This document shows, one piece after another, positions 28,500 to 41,500 of a stretch of DNA of 64,000 bases. Source of the DNA: Octopus sinensis (Eukaryota); NCBI RefSeq assembly GCF_006345805.1, contig NC_042997.1, positions 155,992,001 through 156,056,000 on the forward strand, read 5' to 3'. Position 1 is the first letter of the stretch; each line of letters opens with the position of its first letter. The notes under the pieces were generated by a model, which was not told the origin of the DNA, ran no database searches, and was given only the letters and a program-made list of their open reading frames with translations. The position numbers were made by a program, and so were the translations under genes.

Positions 28500-28600
28500 T
28501 TAAAACCCTTCAAGATGGCACCCCAGCATGGCCACAGTCCAATGACTGAAACAAAAAATAGATAAAGGTATATGAAATCAAAACAGTTTTCCATCTCTAA

Positions 28601-28809
28601 CCCTTTCATTACCATAATTCTGCTTTTGTTTCTATTAATTTCACAAAGAAAGAAGAATTTCGTTAAAAAATTTCATCATTATTAAGTTAGTGCTTGGAAC
28701 ATAAATTAACATGGAATTTTAATGGAAGCTTTTAATTTAGGTAACTTTTAAATTGGAAATTTGTATCAAAGGAGCAGGGACAGTCTTAGGTGAGTTGGTA
28801 TCAAAAGGG
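28601..28809. mobile_element. Older piggyBac-type MITE (related family)
   Basis: CTAA|CCCTTTCATTACC ... GGTATCAAAAGGG|TTAA; homologous to 4615-4812. Confidence 0.7.
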
Positions 28810-29286
28810 TTAACAAACAACTCAAAAAGTGGTAAATTCCTCAAAAGCTTAAAACTTCTAAACAACTAGAACTATAAATGAAATGTGCATCTGTGTATAT
28901 CTAAGAAATCATCAAGACTCCAAACTCAAATACATGAAGAGCTGTAGAATGATGTTACTAACAGGTACAGGTAGGTCATGTGGTAAATAAGCTTGCTTTG
29001 CAACTGTGTAAACTCAGTTTCAGTCCCACTGCACAGCATCTTCTACAATAACCCCAGGCTGACAAATGTCTTGTGAGTGAATTTAGTAAACAGAAACTGT
29101 GTGGAAGCTCATCATATATGTATACATGCATATGTTTTTTTGCTTGTATCCCACCACCACCACCGTTTGATAACTGGTGTTGGTTTGTTTACAGTGCCAT
29201 AACTTAGCGATTTAGCAAAAGTGACCAACAAAATAATACCAGATTTTAAAAAAAATATGCACTAGGGTCAATTTGTTTGGCTAATC

Positions 29287-29745
29287 CCTGCCCCTTGATG
29301 CAATTATACCTGCGAGCCCATTTTATTGCGCCTATAGGCTGGTATACTTGTATGTACAAAATATAGGAAATTTTTCAATTATAAAATTTATACAGTATTT
29401 GTATGCCTATTTGCAACAATAGGTCACATTTCCACTATGACTTAATACAGTTAGACTCAAATAGAAAATCGTCCGGTGATTGCTATTTGAATGGAAATTT
29501 TGTTTTCACTATAAAACACATATTGCTACCACCCCCTTGAGACCCAACTACACTCTAGCTGAAAAATATAGAATACCTCATAAGTAATACGAACGTCCTA
29601 AATTCAATGGTGGCATTAATGTCTCGAATTAAACATAGATATATACAAGATTTACAGACATAAAAAGTTAGAATTTGTAATCCACCCGTGGATCTTTTTC
29701 TTTGGAAATTTTTGCCTACCACACTAAAAAGTTTCCCCACCCCTG
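29287..29745. mobile_element. Second hAT-type element (right TIR only)
   Basis: Ends AAAAAGTTTCCCCACCCCTG directly before GGCTAAAC; left TIR not recognisable; near-TSD GGCTAATC at 29279. Confidence 0.55.
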
Positions 29746-29753
29746 GGCTAAAC

Positions 29754-30076
29754 CAGTGGTTCTCAACCAGGATCCATATAAGATTTTGGCGGAGTCAACA
29801 CAACAAAATAACAAATTGGGGATCCCCAATAGTATTTTAAGGGCCCCTGAAAAAAATTGATTTAGATATATGTATTGGTATATATTGCAAGAAACAGCTA
29901 GGTTTCTTTCTCTAACATTTTACATAGCTCAATCTACATAAGTGAATGTGGGAAAAACATTTCTGAAAGGGAATTTCTATAAAACTAGTTTTTAAAAATC
30001 GAATAGCTATGGAGGTCCACCAAAATAAAATAGAAATCAAAGGGGTCAATAAATAAAATGTGGTTGAGAAACCCTG
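29754..30076. mobile_element. hAT/Charlie-type MITE
   Basis: TIRs CAGTGGTTCTCAACCA / TGGTTGAGAAACCCTG (14/16); 8-bp TSD GGCTAAAC at 29746 and 30077 (NNNTANNN). Confidence 0.9.
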
Positions 30077-32190
30077 GGCTAAACTCTTCAAGATAATGCC
30101 TCAACCTGACCACAGTCCAATGACTGAAATAAGTGAATGGTAAAAGATAAAATAAACAGTAACAAGTTCCAAAGATGTATTGTGTCTTCCTTATCAAAAA
30201 ATCCTGGCATTGGTGTAAGCATGGCTATATGGTTCATTTCACCATGACATGGTTCTGTGTTCAATTGCACTCTGACCAAATGTCTTCTACCATAGCCTTG
30301 GGATGAACAATACCTTCTGAATGAAATTTGGTATTGAATAGACAAGTGTGTATTTGTTTGCTTGTGTACATTATCATCATCATAGTCATTGTATAACACA
30401 TGTTTTCCATGCTGTCATGGGTTGGATGGTTTGATAGAATCTGGCAAGTCACAAGGCTGTGCCAAGCTCCAATGTCAGCTCTGATATGGTTTCTATGGCT
30501 AGATGCTCTTCCCAATACCAACCACTTTCCATATCACCAGCACATGTGAGGTTGCATAGTAACTTGCAAGACAAGAAAAGTGTGAGAAGGAGAAAAGAAA
30601 AAGCCTCCTGAGAAGGTAGGTTATTTGAGAAGGGGAGAGATTATTGTTCTGTGCCAGGTATCAAGAGGCTAAAATGTGAAAGAGGGACAAGCCCAGTTAT
30701 CTTTCTATAGAGGAGATATATGAGTGGTCAAGTTGTAAAAGCCATTCAATAAAATAAGTACCAGACTACAATAAGTACTGGGGTCCAATGACTGTAACCA
30801 TAAATGGCAAACCAGAATTCCCAGTTAGGGTATAACTAAAATTGTTTATTTAAACATCTATGGTGAACACACACAAAAAGTAATAGTATAAACTCGAAAT
30901 ATGATGTTAGATAATAAAGAATAGTTCTTTCAGCACAGAATTTTACAAAAAGAATTACAATATGTGACTGCAACAACATAATTTAAAAACCCAGACAGAC
31001 AGACTGGTTGTTGTTGTTTGGCACCAGCTCAGTTCTGATGAGCAAACCCATTATCAAATGCATTGTAGCTGCAACCATCTCATTTTGCATACTTAGGACT
31101 ACAGAGTCAAATGAGTCTGCCATTTTTTTTCAAAGACAAAAGTGCGTGTTTGATTTAGGGAAATTTGCATGTTTTTTCTTGTGGTTAAAGTTAACCATGT
31201 AGAGGTTATCGCACTGGCTCAAGTTGTAACCCTTGCACTACTCCAAACCAACTATTAATATATAAATTTCTTTTCTTATAAGGTTAATTTTTGCATAGAA
31301 GGGGATAGTTTATGAAAGAGAATTTAACATATAACAAATACTTATTTCACTGAAGAGAATAGTGAATCATACCTATGTAGTGTAAATAATTAAACCTGGT
31401 TCAACTACTGCAGATCACTAGCTGATAAATAATAAAAGACACATAAGGTAACTGACCTGGTTTAGCTTTTCAGAGTCTCAACAACTTTGAAATGATAGCT
31501 ATAGGAAATGTTGAATATTTAAAATAAAGGTTTTTTTTTTTTCTTTTCTCTTACTAAAGATAGTTTAATGATAATGCAACAGCACTATGATATGAGGCAA
31601 ATAACATTGCCTGTTCTAGCTGAAACACTTTTTGTATTGAAATAATAAATACCACCTGGCATCATTTTAAAGTTTAATCAGCATCATGTGGAAGCTTAAT
31701 CTGCAAACCAATATTTGTAGTTGGGATAATGTTATCAACCTACATAATCACGATGTGTTCAAGAAAGAAGTAGAAAAAATTCTGAAATATCCTGAGCTGA
31801 AAATACGAAGAACATTTCAGATTTGTCATCAAAATAAACCATTATTATTTTTCTATATAACTTATAAAACAAAAGAAATTCTTCTTTCAGTTAATCTTGT
31901 CTGAGATAACTGTTTCTGCAAAAAGAAAAAAACAAAACATTGGTGATTTAATCTAGCTTAAAGAACATTAAAACTCCACAACAAAACATTTCTTTGTTCT
32001 AACAGAATGGGCAGAATTGCTATTATTTAAACTTCAACAGCAATAGCAAAACTAATTTGCTACATATAAGACAAAGTTAAAAAAAAAAAAAGACCCACAA
32101 GACAAATCAAAATATTCTTAAAATCAGAGACAAGAAACATTGAAATATACTTAATATCTATTTTATTGTATTATTCTTGTTTATAATAAT

Positions 32191-32406
32191 TCTAATTTTT
32201 GCCACAAGGCCAGCAACTTGGGGAGGACAGCTAGTCAATAGCATTGGTCCCAGTGCTCAATTGGTACTTATTTCATTGACCTCTAAAGAATGAAAGACAA
32301 AGTTGAACACGTCAGAATTTGAACTTGGAATGTAAAGCCACAAGAAGTGTCATGAACCATTTTGTCTGGGACACTAATGATTTTGTCAGCTCTCAGCCTT
32401 CCTCTA
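32191..32406 (-). mobile_element. SINE family D
   Basis: TSD GTTTATAATAAT at 32179 and 32407. Other copies at ~1670-1860, 15785-16250 (two), 32760-32930, 44385-44560, 51762-51978, 53290-53410, 54300-54450 and 60235-60415. Confidence 0.75.
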
Positions 32407-35400
32407 GTTTATAATAATAATACTGTTTCTAACACAGACAAAGCCAAAGATTTTGGAGAGAGCATTAGTTGATTACATCAACTGGTATGTAGTGGAACTT
32501 TATTTTGTTGACTTTGAAAGGATGAAAGGCAGAGATGGAAATAATAATAATAATGGTTTCTGATTTAGGCACAAGGGCAGGATTTTGAGGGAAAATTACA
32601 TTGACTGACACTATATTTTATCAATCTTTGAGGGATAAAAGCAAAACTGATGGAAGGTGACGTTAAGCGATGATGATGATGAATGAAAATAGCTGGACCA
32701 TGTACTACAAAGCATTTCTCTGATATTCAAATGATTCTGCAACTTACCACCCTTATATTAATGATTTCTGATTTAGGTACAAAGCCAGTAATTCTGAGAA
32801 GAAGGGATCAACAATACTTGGTACTTAATTTTATTGACAACAGTGAAGTAAAAGGCAAAGCTGACCTTAGTGAAATTTGAATTCAGATTGTAAAGTGCCG
32901 GAAAAAAAGGCCAAAAGACATTTTTTACATTCTAGCCTTTCTGGGATTTTGAACACAGAAAGAAAAACTGCAAAGGATTTTATCTGATTCTCTATCGATT
33001 CTGCTAACAAGAGCAGAAATTTGGGGGATTAAATAAAGACTTTGCAAAACAAAAATTAAGTTAAGGAACTCCTCCTCTCTCTTTGCATGGTTGAGAGGCA
33101 AGAACTGAGTATATAGACAACGTGTATTTAAAATTAGCAGTGTTATTTATTTCTTACAAGTACTGAATATTCTTTAACTTATTTAATAGCAGAACTTAAC
33201 TCCTATCCTTCATAAATGATATTAGCTACAAATAACTAGCATTTCCTATTAAAAAGCGCGGTTTATAAATTAATTAACAGAAAGTCTGACGGCATTAATA
33301 ACAATGTATATCAAAAGATAAACATTTCAGTCGCGACCACATTAGACATGCTTACTTAGAAAGCCACGAGATGTGAGAAGTGAAATACCAAAAATTCTAA
33401 AAGCTATGGAAATGGTGAAATGATAGAGAAAGGTAAAGTAATGGTATGTTAAGTAAATGGCAGAGCAACAAAACAGAAAGTAGTACCATGGAAGGAGAAG
33501 TAGAGAGAATGCGTTTGAACAACTAGAATAGTTCAGGCCAGTGCACAGGTCACGGTTTAAGCGTGGTGCAACGGAGCGCATAGAAGGCGCTGGAGTAATT
33601 ATTTATTATTCAATAGTGCAGATTACCCGACCGTACATTATAATACATGCTGATCTTGGCATTGGACAAAGACAAAATATGTTGGCCAATAAAATGATAA
33701 CCCTCTAGTTATAAACAAGTTCAATTATTCGTCTTCTCCGAGATAGAAATGCTTTTCTCCAATAATACATGAATCCTTTGTGCTTAATACTGAAAAACAT
33801 CGTTATCTATTTCGATTTTTTATATATATTTAAGCCACACAAATGTAAATGTAAAACTTAAACTAAATTGCTTTTGTAAAAGAAATTCCGAATGTTAATT
33901 ATTTATTTTATTAAAAGCTATCGCATTTATTAAATTACAATCCCAACAATTATACATTGGAAAAAATATTTCTATACTTTGTAAACGACCGCTTCTATTT
34001 AAATAAATATAAAGAACCTAAGGAAATATAATTACTGAACTATATTTTATATCGCCTTTCTCATTTTCTTTGGTACAGAACGATGTCCATGATAATTAAA
34101 TAGATGGTTTAAGTAATCTTAAAATAAACGTTGGAGTTAATAACTCCGAGAGAAGGCAATTTATGTTGGTTGTGATACACAGAGCAGCAAACTTCAGTCG
34201 GCAATAGCGTTTTCTAATAGAAAGACTACATTCAATTATAGTTTCCCTCAATAATCACAGAAAAGTGAGAATAAAGCAATATATGAGAAACTTGGATGTC
34301 ACAAATCTTTTTTCCAATAATTATCAACAATTCCTGCTGAAAGACTCGCCATAATCCTGTCTTTGGGTGATCTTAAGACGTGAAGCTAAAGAAAGAAAGA
34401 ACGAGAAAGCGAGGAGAGTAAGTGGCATATACCATATAAAAATCAAAGGAAAGGGATTTGCGTGAACAGAACTGAAACACAGGGGGAAAAGACAACTGCA
34501 TACTGGAAGATTAAGTGGGCGGTAATATGTGAAAAGTATCCGATTGCCAATAAATCTGGCCGAACCGAACTTTCAACTAGACACGAGAATTATAAACACC
34601 AAGAATGTGAGTAATATACTGCCGCAAGCTTCATAGTGTATAAACAGAAATCTATAATAGTAGCAGGTACGTACCGGAGAAATAATCAACCCAGGCCTGA
34701 TACACACATAAAAAATAATAACTGATTATAGTTCTTTTATTGCATACTGAACGAATTTTCTTTTAATTCCAGATAAATTAAAATACTTAATAAAGCTATA
34801 TAATAAGCAGACTAATAGAACATTCTCTTTTAAAGCTATTCGAATACAGAAAAACAGAAAAGAAACGCATTGAGAACAATACAACCTGGAAAGCATTAGA
34901 GAGAAATGTTTTCCTGCCTATTCATTTGGCATCAAAATGGATCTACACACACACGTGATGTTCCTTAGGTTCAACCACCATCCCTTTTAACGAACTATAT
35001 TTAATTTTGAATAACAGAGATCCTTTTAATTAGTTTGGTTTCTCGGATTGCAAATAAACAGCTCTAAAAAAAATAAAAAAAGGAAAAAGCAGTGAACAAA
35101 GACAACACAAAATGGTAATCATTTTTAACATAAACACTGGTGTGAACACTCGTTTGAATTGATCCAAGTACTTATTTTATCGACTCTTAAAGGGTGTATA
35201 TAATATGATTAAACCTATAGAGCATTAGCAGTATGTGGTTTGCATGTCAGTTGTGTCTCAACGAGGGTGTAGAGAAAGATAAATACAGTCAAACAAGTGT
35301 TTGGCTTCTTTAAGACATATGCCACATCACAAGATAACAGCCAACTCCAACTCAGTCCTAATCGAATAATCTAGGGGAAAATGCTGTTCTAGCTTTGATA

Positions 35401-37709
35401 TTTCCATCTTTTGAGTTTACTCCATTATATCATCTAACGTTTTCTTCCTTCTTCAAAGACAAAGTGTGATTCTAGGGAAATTTGGTTCTTTCTAGCATGT
35501 CGAGTGATCGCGTGGACATCCTTCCCTGGTTCGAACAAGAAGGAAAGTAAATTTACACAAGAAATTTTGGAACGTTTTCGTGTGAACATCAAAAATTTAA
35601 TAGGACAAAAATATATTGTTTATTTGAAAAATATACTAAAGAGAATAACAATATCAATAATAGCGATTTTATAAAATTAACCTAACTGTATTTTCTGTCA
35701 TTAGAGAGACCGGAATATCTGCTGGAGGATATGGTTTCGATTGAGTTTTGTAAGCAAGCTGTGAGATGGTCGGCCAAGTTATCAAAACAAGACAGAAAAC
35801 TATTGATGGCACACAATCTCAATTTTCGCCGATATTATACAAATAACGTTAATGAACGTACTGTATGTCCGACTGCAACAGCCAGAACGGTGTTACGAAC
35901 ACAGGCCACATTTTCTAAGAAGAATATTAGTCAACTATATTGACATGACACTTGGCTTAGCAATCCTGAGAGGAGAAACGGTAAAAAGTTAACTCTTACA
36001 CAATAGCATACATGCAAAGAGATAATAAAAAAAAAAGAGAAAAAAAACTTTATCCTTTCCTATAAACTCATTGCAAGATATACTACTAAATGAATGCGAA
36101 ATGCAATAAAAGTAACAATGAAAGCAATAATAGTGTAATAATTAAAAAGTAAATGAGTAAGCAGAGACAAGGTTAACTGGAGGCGTTTTGTCGTAGACGT
36201 AACAACGTCCAGTTGCTAGCAGGACTAATAAAATAGACCAGTCAACAAACAGCAATGATTAACTGCTTTATTAATAGAACCGGTGACACATTCAATTTTT
36301 TATCCCATTGAAATTTAGTCCACTTTCTGTCGGAACAACCAGCACAGCGCATACATGCATTGAATACAAAATAAACTTCCAGCCAGCGGGAGAACCTGTA
36401 TATGATTGCTTGACATGCTGAAAATCATGCTGAAAATAGCAAAATTTCATTCAGATCACCCCCTACCGTTTCAAAAGAAAGAAGAATAAAAGAGACATTA
36501 GATAATTTGGGCCGAGACACGCTATTGCTGAAAAAGACGGAATGATTCATGGCTTGAACACCTTAGATTCGGTCAGGGTTCAACATCATTAAACAAACTA
36601 TTTTCTAGAAAAGAAACCAAAATCCGAGGACGACTGGAGAAAATTAATCAAAGGCTGCGGAAAACTTAATAAAACAGTGAAATGATGTTAGAATTCACTT
36701 TTCCGAACGACATAACGAATTTATAGTTTGCGACTATTTTTCAACCTCATGCCAAATATTTTATTGAAACCAAGGAGGTCGTTTGGCTTGTTTGAAGAGG
36801 CAACAAAATCACCATCAAATGACAGAATCTCTCTTCATATATATATATAAAGAACACATTGTATAATGTAGTCCCAGACACTGATAAAATTTGGGATGGT
36901 TATAGTTGGAACACCTCTGATCATAGATTTTGCTCTGGATCAGAGTGGAGCTGGGTCCTAAACAGGAAAAATAACCCACCATTCTTTGTTAACGAAAGTA
37001 TTGAAATTGAAAAGAAAAAAAAACAAACTATGGGGCATAATATCAACATTAAGTACACACACACAGATTATATATATATATATATATATATAATGATGGA
37101 AATTTTGAAAAATGTACCACATTATATTTAAAAAATGAAACTGAATAATAGAAGAGAAGATATATTTAAATCAAAAATATTTAGTTGACCAATATCCTTT
37201 ACCCTATACAAATCAAATGAAATCCACATTTAAACAACAAAAATTAGGTATTCAAATATTTATGATCAAACTACAATTGTTCGAAGAATACATGTAAGGG
37301 AGTTTTAAATGTTAAAGAGAGAAAAAGAAATTAACAAAACTGAGCGTCAAGTTGGAATTGAACCAGACTAAGTTCAAGTGTCACACTTTCTTTTCGCATC
37401 TTATATTCGTATTCAGAAAGAAATCATTATTAATTAATTATTATGTGAAAAATATTAAAAAATCTAATATGAAATTAATCTGTTTAAAGTTTTAACAAAG
37501 AAACTAGACGAAGTTTCAAAATGCATGTATATGGAAAATTCTTTAAAAGAAATGAAAGTTTAACAAACATCAAGAGAGAACCGGAAAAGCACTTAAGTAG
37601 ATAAAAGTTGTAAATTTTGATTAGAATTAAGAGAGTGATTCTGAGAATATGATTGTTTACAACTTTGAAAGTATTATTCTGCAAAGAAGATGATAATTAA
37701 ATTTTTTCA

Positions 37710-37741
<32 letters not shown>

Positions 37742-38509
37742 CAACATGGATGTATGGATAAAATTATCACTGAAAAGAGCAAGTACATTGCACTGGAAAA
37801 CGTGATGGCAAAGGAGACAGGTTGTTGTTTAGGCCACATATTCCTATTCTAGAAGATCTAGCACGATGCAGTCATGACCATCACACCTTTTTCTTTCATA
37901 CACACTATAACCGATTAAATTATCAAGTCCTTTCTTTTTAAAACGATGGGATTTGAGGGAGGAAGTGCTACTATTTCTAGGAGGTTAAGTGACCACATGT
38001 AGTTTCACTAGTTGGCTGGAGACGTCGTAAATGGTGGTTATTTAGGCTCAGTCCGTCCATGATCCGGTAAGTCTATGAACAAAACCATTCAAGACTTGAC
38101 AGTCCACATTTTGTCATAGTGTTCCTCGGACTACATCAACCAACGGCGAGATGTGATTTAGCTGCTTTTTTCAGCAGGTAGATGGACAGTGCAGAGGTTT
38201 GTTTGTTGGCACAAGAAGTTTGAGCCTGGATAAGAACCGAGAGACAAAACAGGATTTCCAAGTTGCTGTTAAGGAGGCCCATCAGGCATTTCAAAACACA
38301 TGGCTTAAAAACAACAAAAAGAACAGTGTGTATGTATGAAGGCAACATTTGTGTGTAGGTATATATGTGTATTGTATGAAGATACTCGCGTATGCACACG
38401 CGAATATTTATGGATAGATAGACAGATAGTGCTTTTTTTTCTGACATATGAAAAAGCTGATTTTATATATACATTGCATGAAGAATACATTTATGTATGT
38501 ATATGTGTG

Positions 38510-38564
<55 letters not shown>

Positions 38565-38650
38565 TGTGTGTGTGTGTGTGTATAAAGAAAACGTGTCTAT
38601 GCATATCTACCGATATATTTTTATGAAGAATATGTGCGCGCGTGTATGTG

Positions 38651-38707
<57 letters not shown>

Positions 38708-39103
38708 TGTTTATTACTCGACGTTTCCACTTCTGAAAATATATTTATTATATGTGTATACACGCAAACATGCAAGTTGAGATATCGGTGTCTAGATCAA
38801 ATGATTGATGCAGACAAAAACAAACCACTGAACAAATAAGCATCATAAAAGATATATATAAAACACCAAGATATATATATATACATATATATATATCCAC
38901 ACACGTGCAATGCACATTCGGAAAAACAAGAAACCTTGTATTTATGGCTTCAATGTTTTCTTTCATAAGCGTTGTATTGTTTTGTTTCCTCATTTTTCGT
39001 CTTTTCACATAGCAAACTATTCAAACATGTTTGTTTTTTTCAAAAGGAAGTGCATTTCTAATTATTAATTATTATTATTGTCTATGTATTAATAAATACA
39101 TAC

Positions 39104-39154
39104 CTTTCCAGCAGCTCTGCCTAGTCTAATAATTCCCAGTTTGAAGCTAGACAT
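39104..39154 (-). CDS. ZMYND19: First coding exon of a ZMYND19 (MIZIP)-like MYND zinc-finger gene
   Basis: ATG TCT AGC TTC AAA CTG GGA ATT ATT AGA CTA GGC AGA GCT GCT GGA AAG = MSSFKLGIIRLGRAAGK, then donor AAG|GTATGT; start context gcaaacATG. Matches my recall of the human N-terminus MTDFKLGIVRLGRVAGK. Only 17 codons; later exons not found. Confidence 0.8.
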
Positions 39155-41368
39155 GTTTGCTGCACATCGGCGGTAAAGATTGCCATCCAAGTCGGTGCCA
39201 GTGCAGAACGTGCAAGACGTCCCTCTCACTGAGGTAATGTTGCCTGTTGTGGCATGGACTCCACTCACTCTAACTATAGCTCTCTCTCTCTCTCTCACTT
39301 TAACTAACTTAACTGTCTATCTTCTCGTCGCCAGCACTCACTCAATAACTAAACTGTTTTCATTCACACTCTCCTAGTTTATGTTATTTCTCCGAACTAT
39401 AGCTCCTCCCCCTTTCTCTCTCTCTCTCTGTTTTCTTAACTCTTGCTCTCACTCAATAACTGAATTGTTTTCACTCACATTCTCCCAATCTGTCTTCTCT
39501 CTGAACTGTTCAGCGGTTATGTTCCACTTACTCTAGCTATCCCTCCCATCCGCTTTCTCTCTATTTGTTTTCTCAACACTTGTACTCACTCAGTAACTAA
39601 ACCTTTACAGTCACTCTCTCCCAGTCTCTACTTTTTATATACACTTCATTGCTGTAATATTTCACACTCTCTGTATCTCTCTATCTTCTAGTCGCTAAAC
39701 TGAACTGTTTTCACTCACTCACTTCCAGTTTCTGCCCATTCTATAAACAATTCATGGAAGTAGTGTTACTCCACTCATTCCAGCTTGCTTCAGTAACATT
39801 TAATCAACTCGTCGCTGCACTCAATAACTAAACTGTTTCTACTCACGTTCTATCTTCCTCACTTTCTCTAAACATTTCAACCTCTCAAACACTTAGTTTT
39901 ACTCCTACTTTGTCCCGTTCATCATCCGTCACTCTACCTTTACCTCATTCAAAATTTTCCGTCTCTCACATTCTTCTTTTATTCCTTCAATTGTTTCATC
40001 TGCTTTTTTAGAATTATTTTTCTATTTCACTATCTTTTCTCCAACTATGCTTTCAGTTTTTTTACCAGCTACCCCTTATCTTTTCCCCACTTTATTTCTC
40101 TCTTTGTCCCTCTGCTATTCTTTCCTATTTTCTCCTGTTTAAAAAGAGTTCTCATTTTTTTTTCATTCTCTGCCCTATCTAGTCATTCTTTACTTTTACA
40201 TTTCTATTCTACATCTGCGTATCTCTCCTGTTACCTTTTTTTATTATCTGATTATCTCTACCGTTCACTAATCTTCTATCGCTCTCCATTCTCACTTTCT
40301 CTTTTACACCTCTCCTCTCTCTCTCTCTCTTCTCACAGTCAGTATTTTCTTTCCTCCAAACCGATTCACTCTCACTCTTTCTCTCTCTTTTAAGGTTTTA
40401 TTATATCTATCATTTCTTTACTCTCTTTCTCCGGTACTCTTCTCTCTTATCAAAATTTCCTACTTCCCTATCTTTGTTTGTGCCCATTAATGTCTCTTCT
40501 TTCCGCTCCAATTTCGGCTTTCGCATTAGCTGTTTCATTCCTCCCTCCCTGATTTCATTAAAATTCTTTTGCAGCTTTTTTTTTTTCATTTTGCTCTCGA
40601 ACCTCTTTCAACCTATCAACTCTTACTTTCTCCCACTGGCGCACGAACCATAGTTAAATCATTGTAAGCACTGCTTCATGTAATCACATTTTTTTTTTTG
40701 TCCCAGTAAACACGATTTTTCCTTACTCTTACATCCAACCCGACCCAGTTCCTTGTTATCTCCGTAAACGCCTACCCCACATTTGAATAACAACCAACTC
40801 GGCTTTATTCCTCCACATAGCCACCATTCATTCATCCTACCTATTGTCTTAATTTTAGTGCTTTATTCCTCTTTTCTTCTTTTACATACTTATTATTCAA
40901 ATCCCTATTTTCAGAAACAGCGGTTGATATGATTCTCAGCGATCTTCAAATGAGATTTTTTTTTCTCTTACTATATTGATAACATAGTTTATAGTGATAT
41001 TTATCTCATGGCAGTTCCACATTGTAACACTGAATAATAGTTTCCAGGTTAATTCAAACATATTCTCTACGATTCTGTCTTTCTCTCCATCTCTCTTTGG
41101 CTCTGGACACCTAACAAATCGTTCGTAGAAGCACTTTCTATATATTAAAATTTATTTTCTTAACACATAGCTCGTCCTAGATGAAATCTATATATTTTTG
41201 TCCTCTATTTCTCCCTATATCAGACAGAACCTCTCCATATCTTTCGCTGTTCTGTCGCTTTCGAATGACATGGTTGGCTTTCTGCTAGGAAGTTCAACTT
41301 GTCCTGTACGGCAGCGGAGGAGGCTCAAAGTAGTAGTGACAAGGGGAATAGGAGTAGTAGTGACTTAC

Positions 41369-41500
41369 GAAGCTAGAGTGATCTCGCCTTAGGTAGGAGG
41401 AGGTGTGGTAGCGGTGGCAGTATAAGTTATCACTGTGGTAGCAATGACTTGCGTTAACGAAGGCGAAGAGAAGAAAAACACGCTGAAACGCCTTGTTGAG
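41369..41500 (-). other. Candidate non-coding first (5' UTR) exon, possibly of the ZMYND19-like gene
   Basis: Minus-strand donor CTTC|GTAAGT (41368-41363); the segment has no minus-strand ATG, is CpG-rich and lies 2.2 kb upstream of the ATG. The 5' boundary is a guess. Confidence 0.4.

Larger units (their letters stand above)
28963..30155 (+). mobile_element. SINE family A split by two hAT insertions
   Basis: Head and body at 28963-29286; tail resumes at 30077-30155. Confidence 0.75.

Noticed and set aside
38175-38340. Plus-strand ~55-codon open frame after a ttttttcag acceptor, with a GTAAGT donor at 38068
   Set aside because: No start, no homology recognised, ends in microsatellite.
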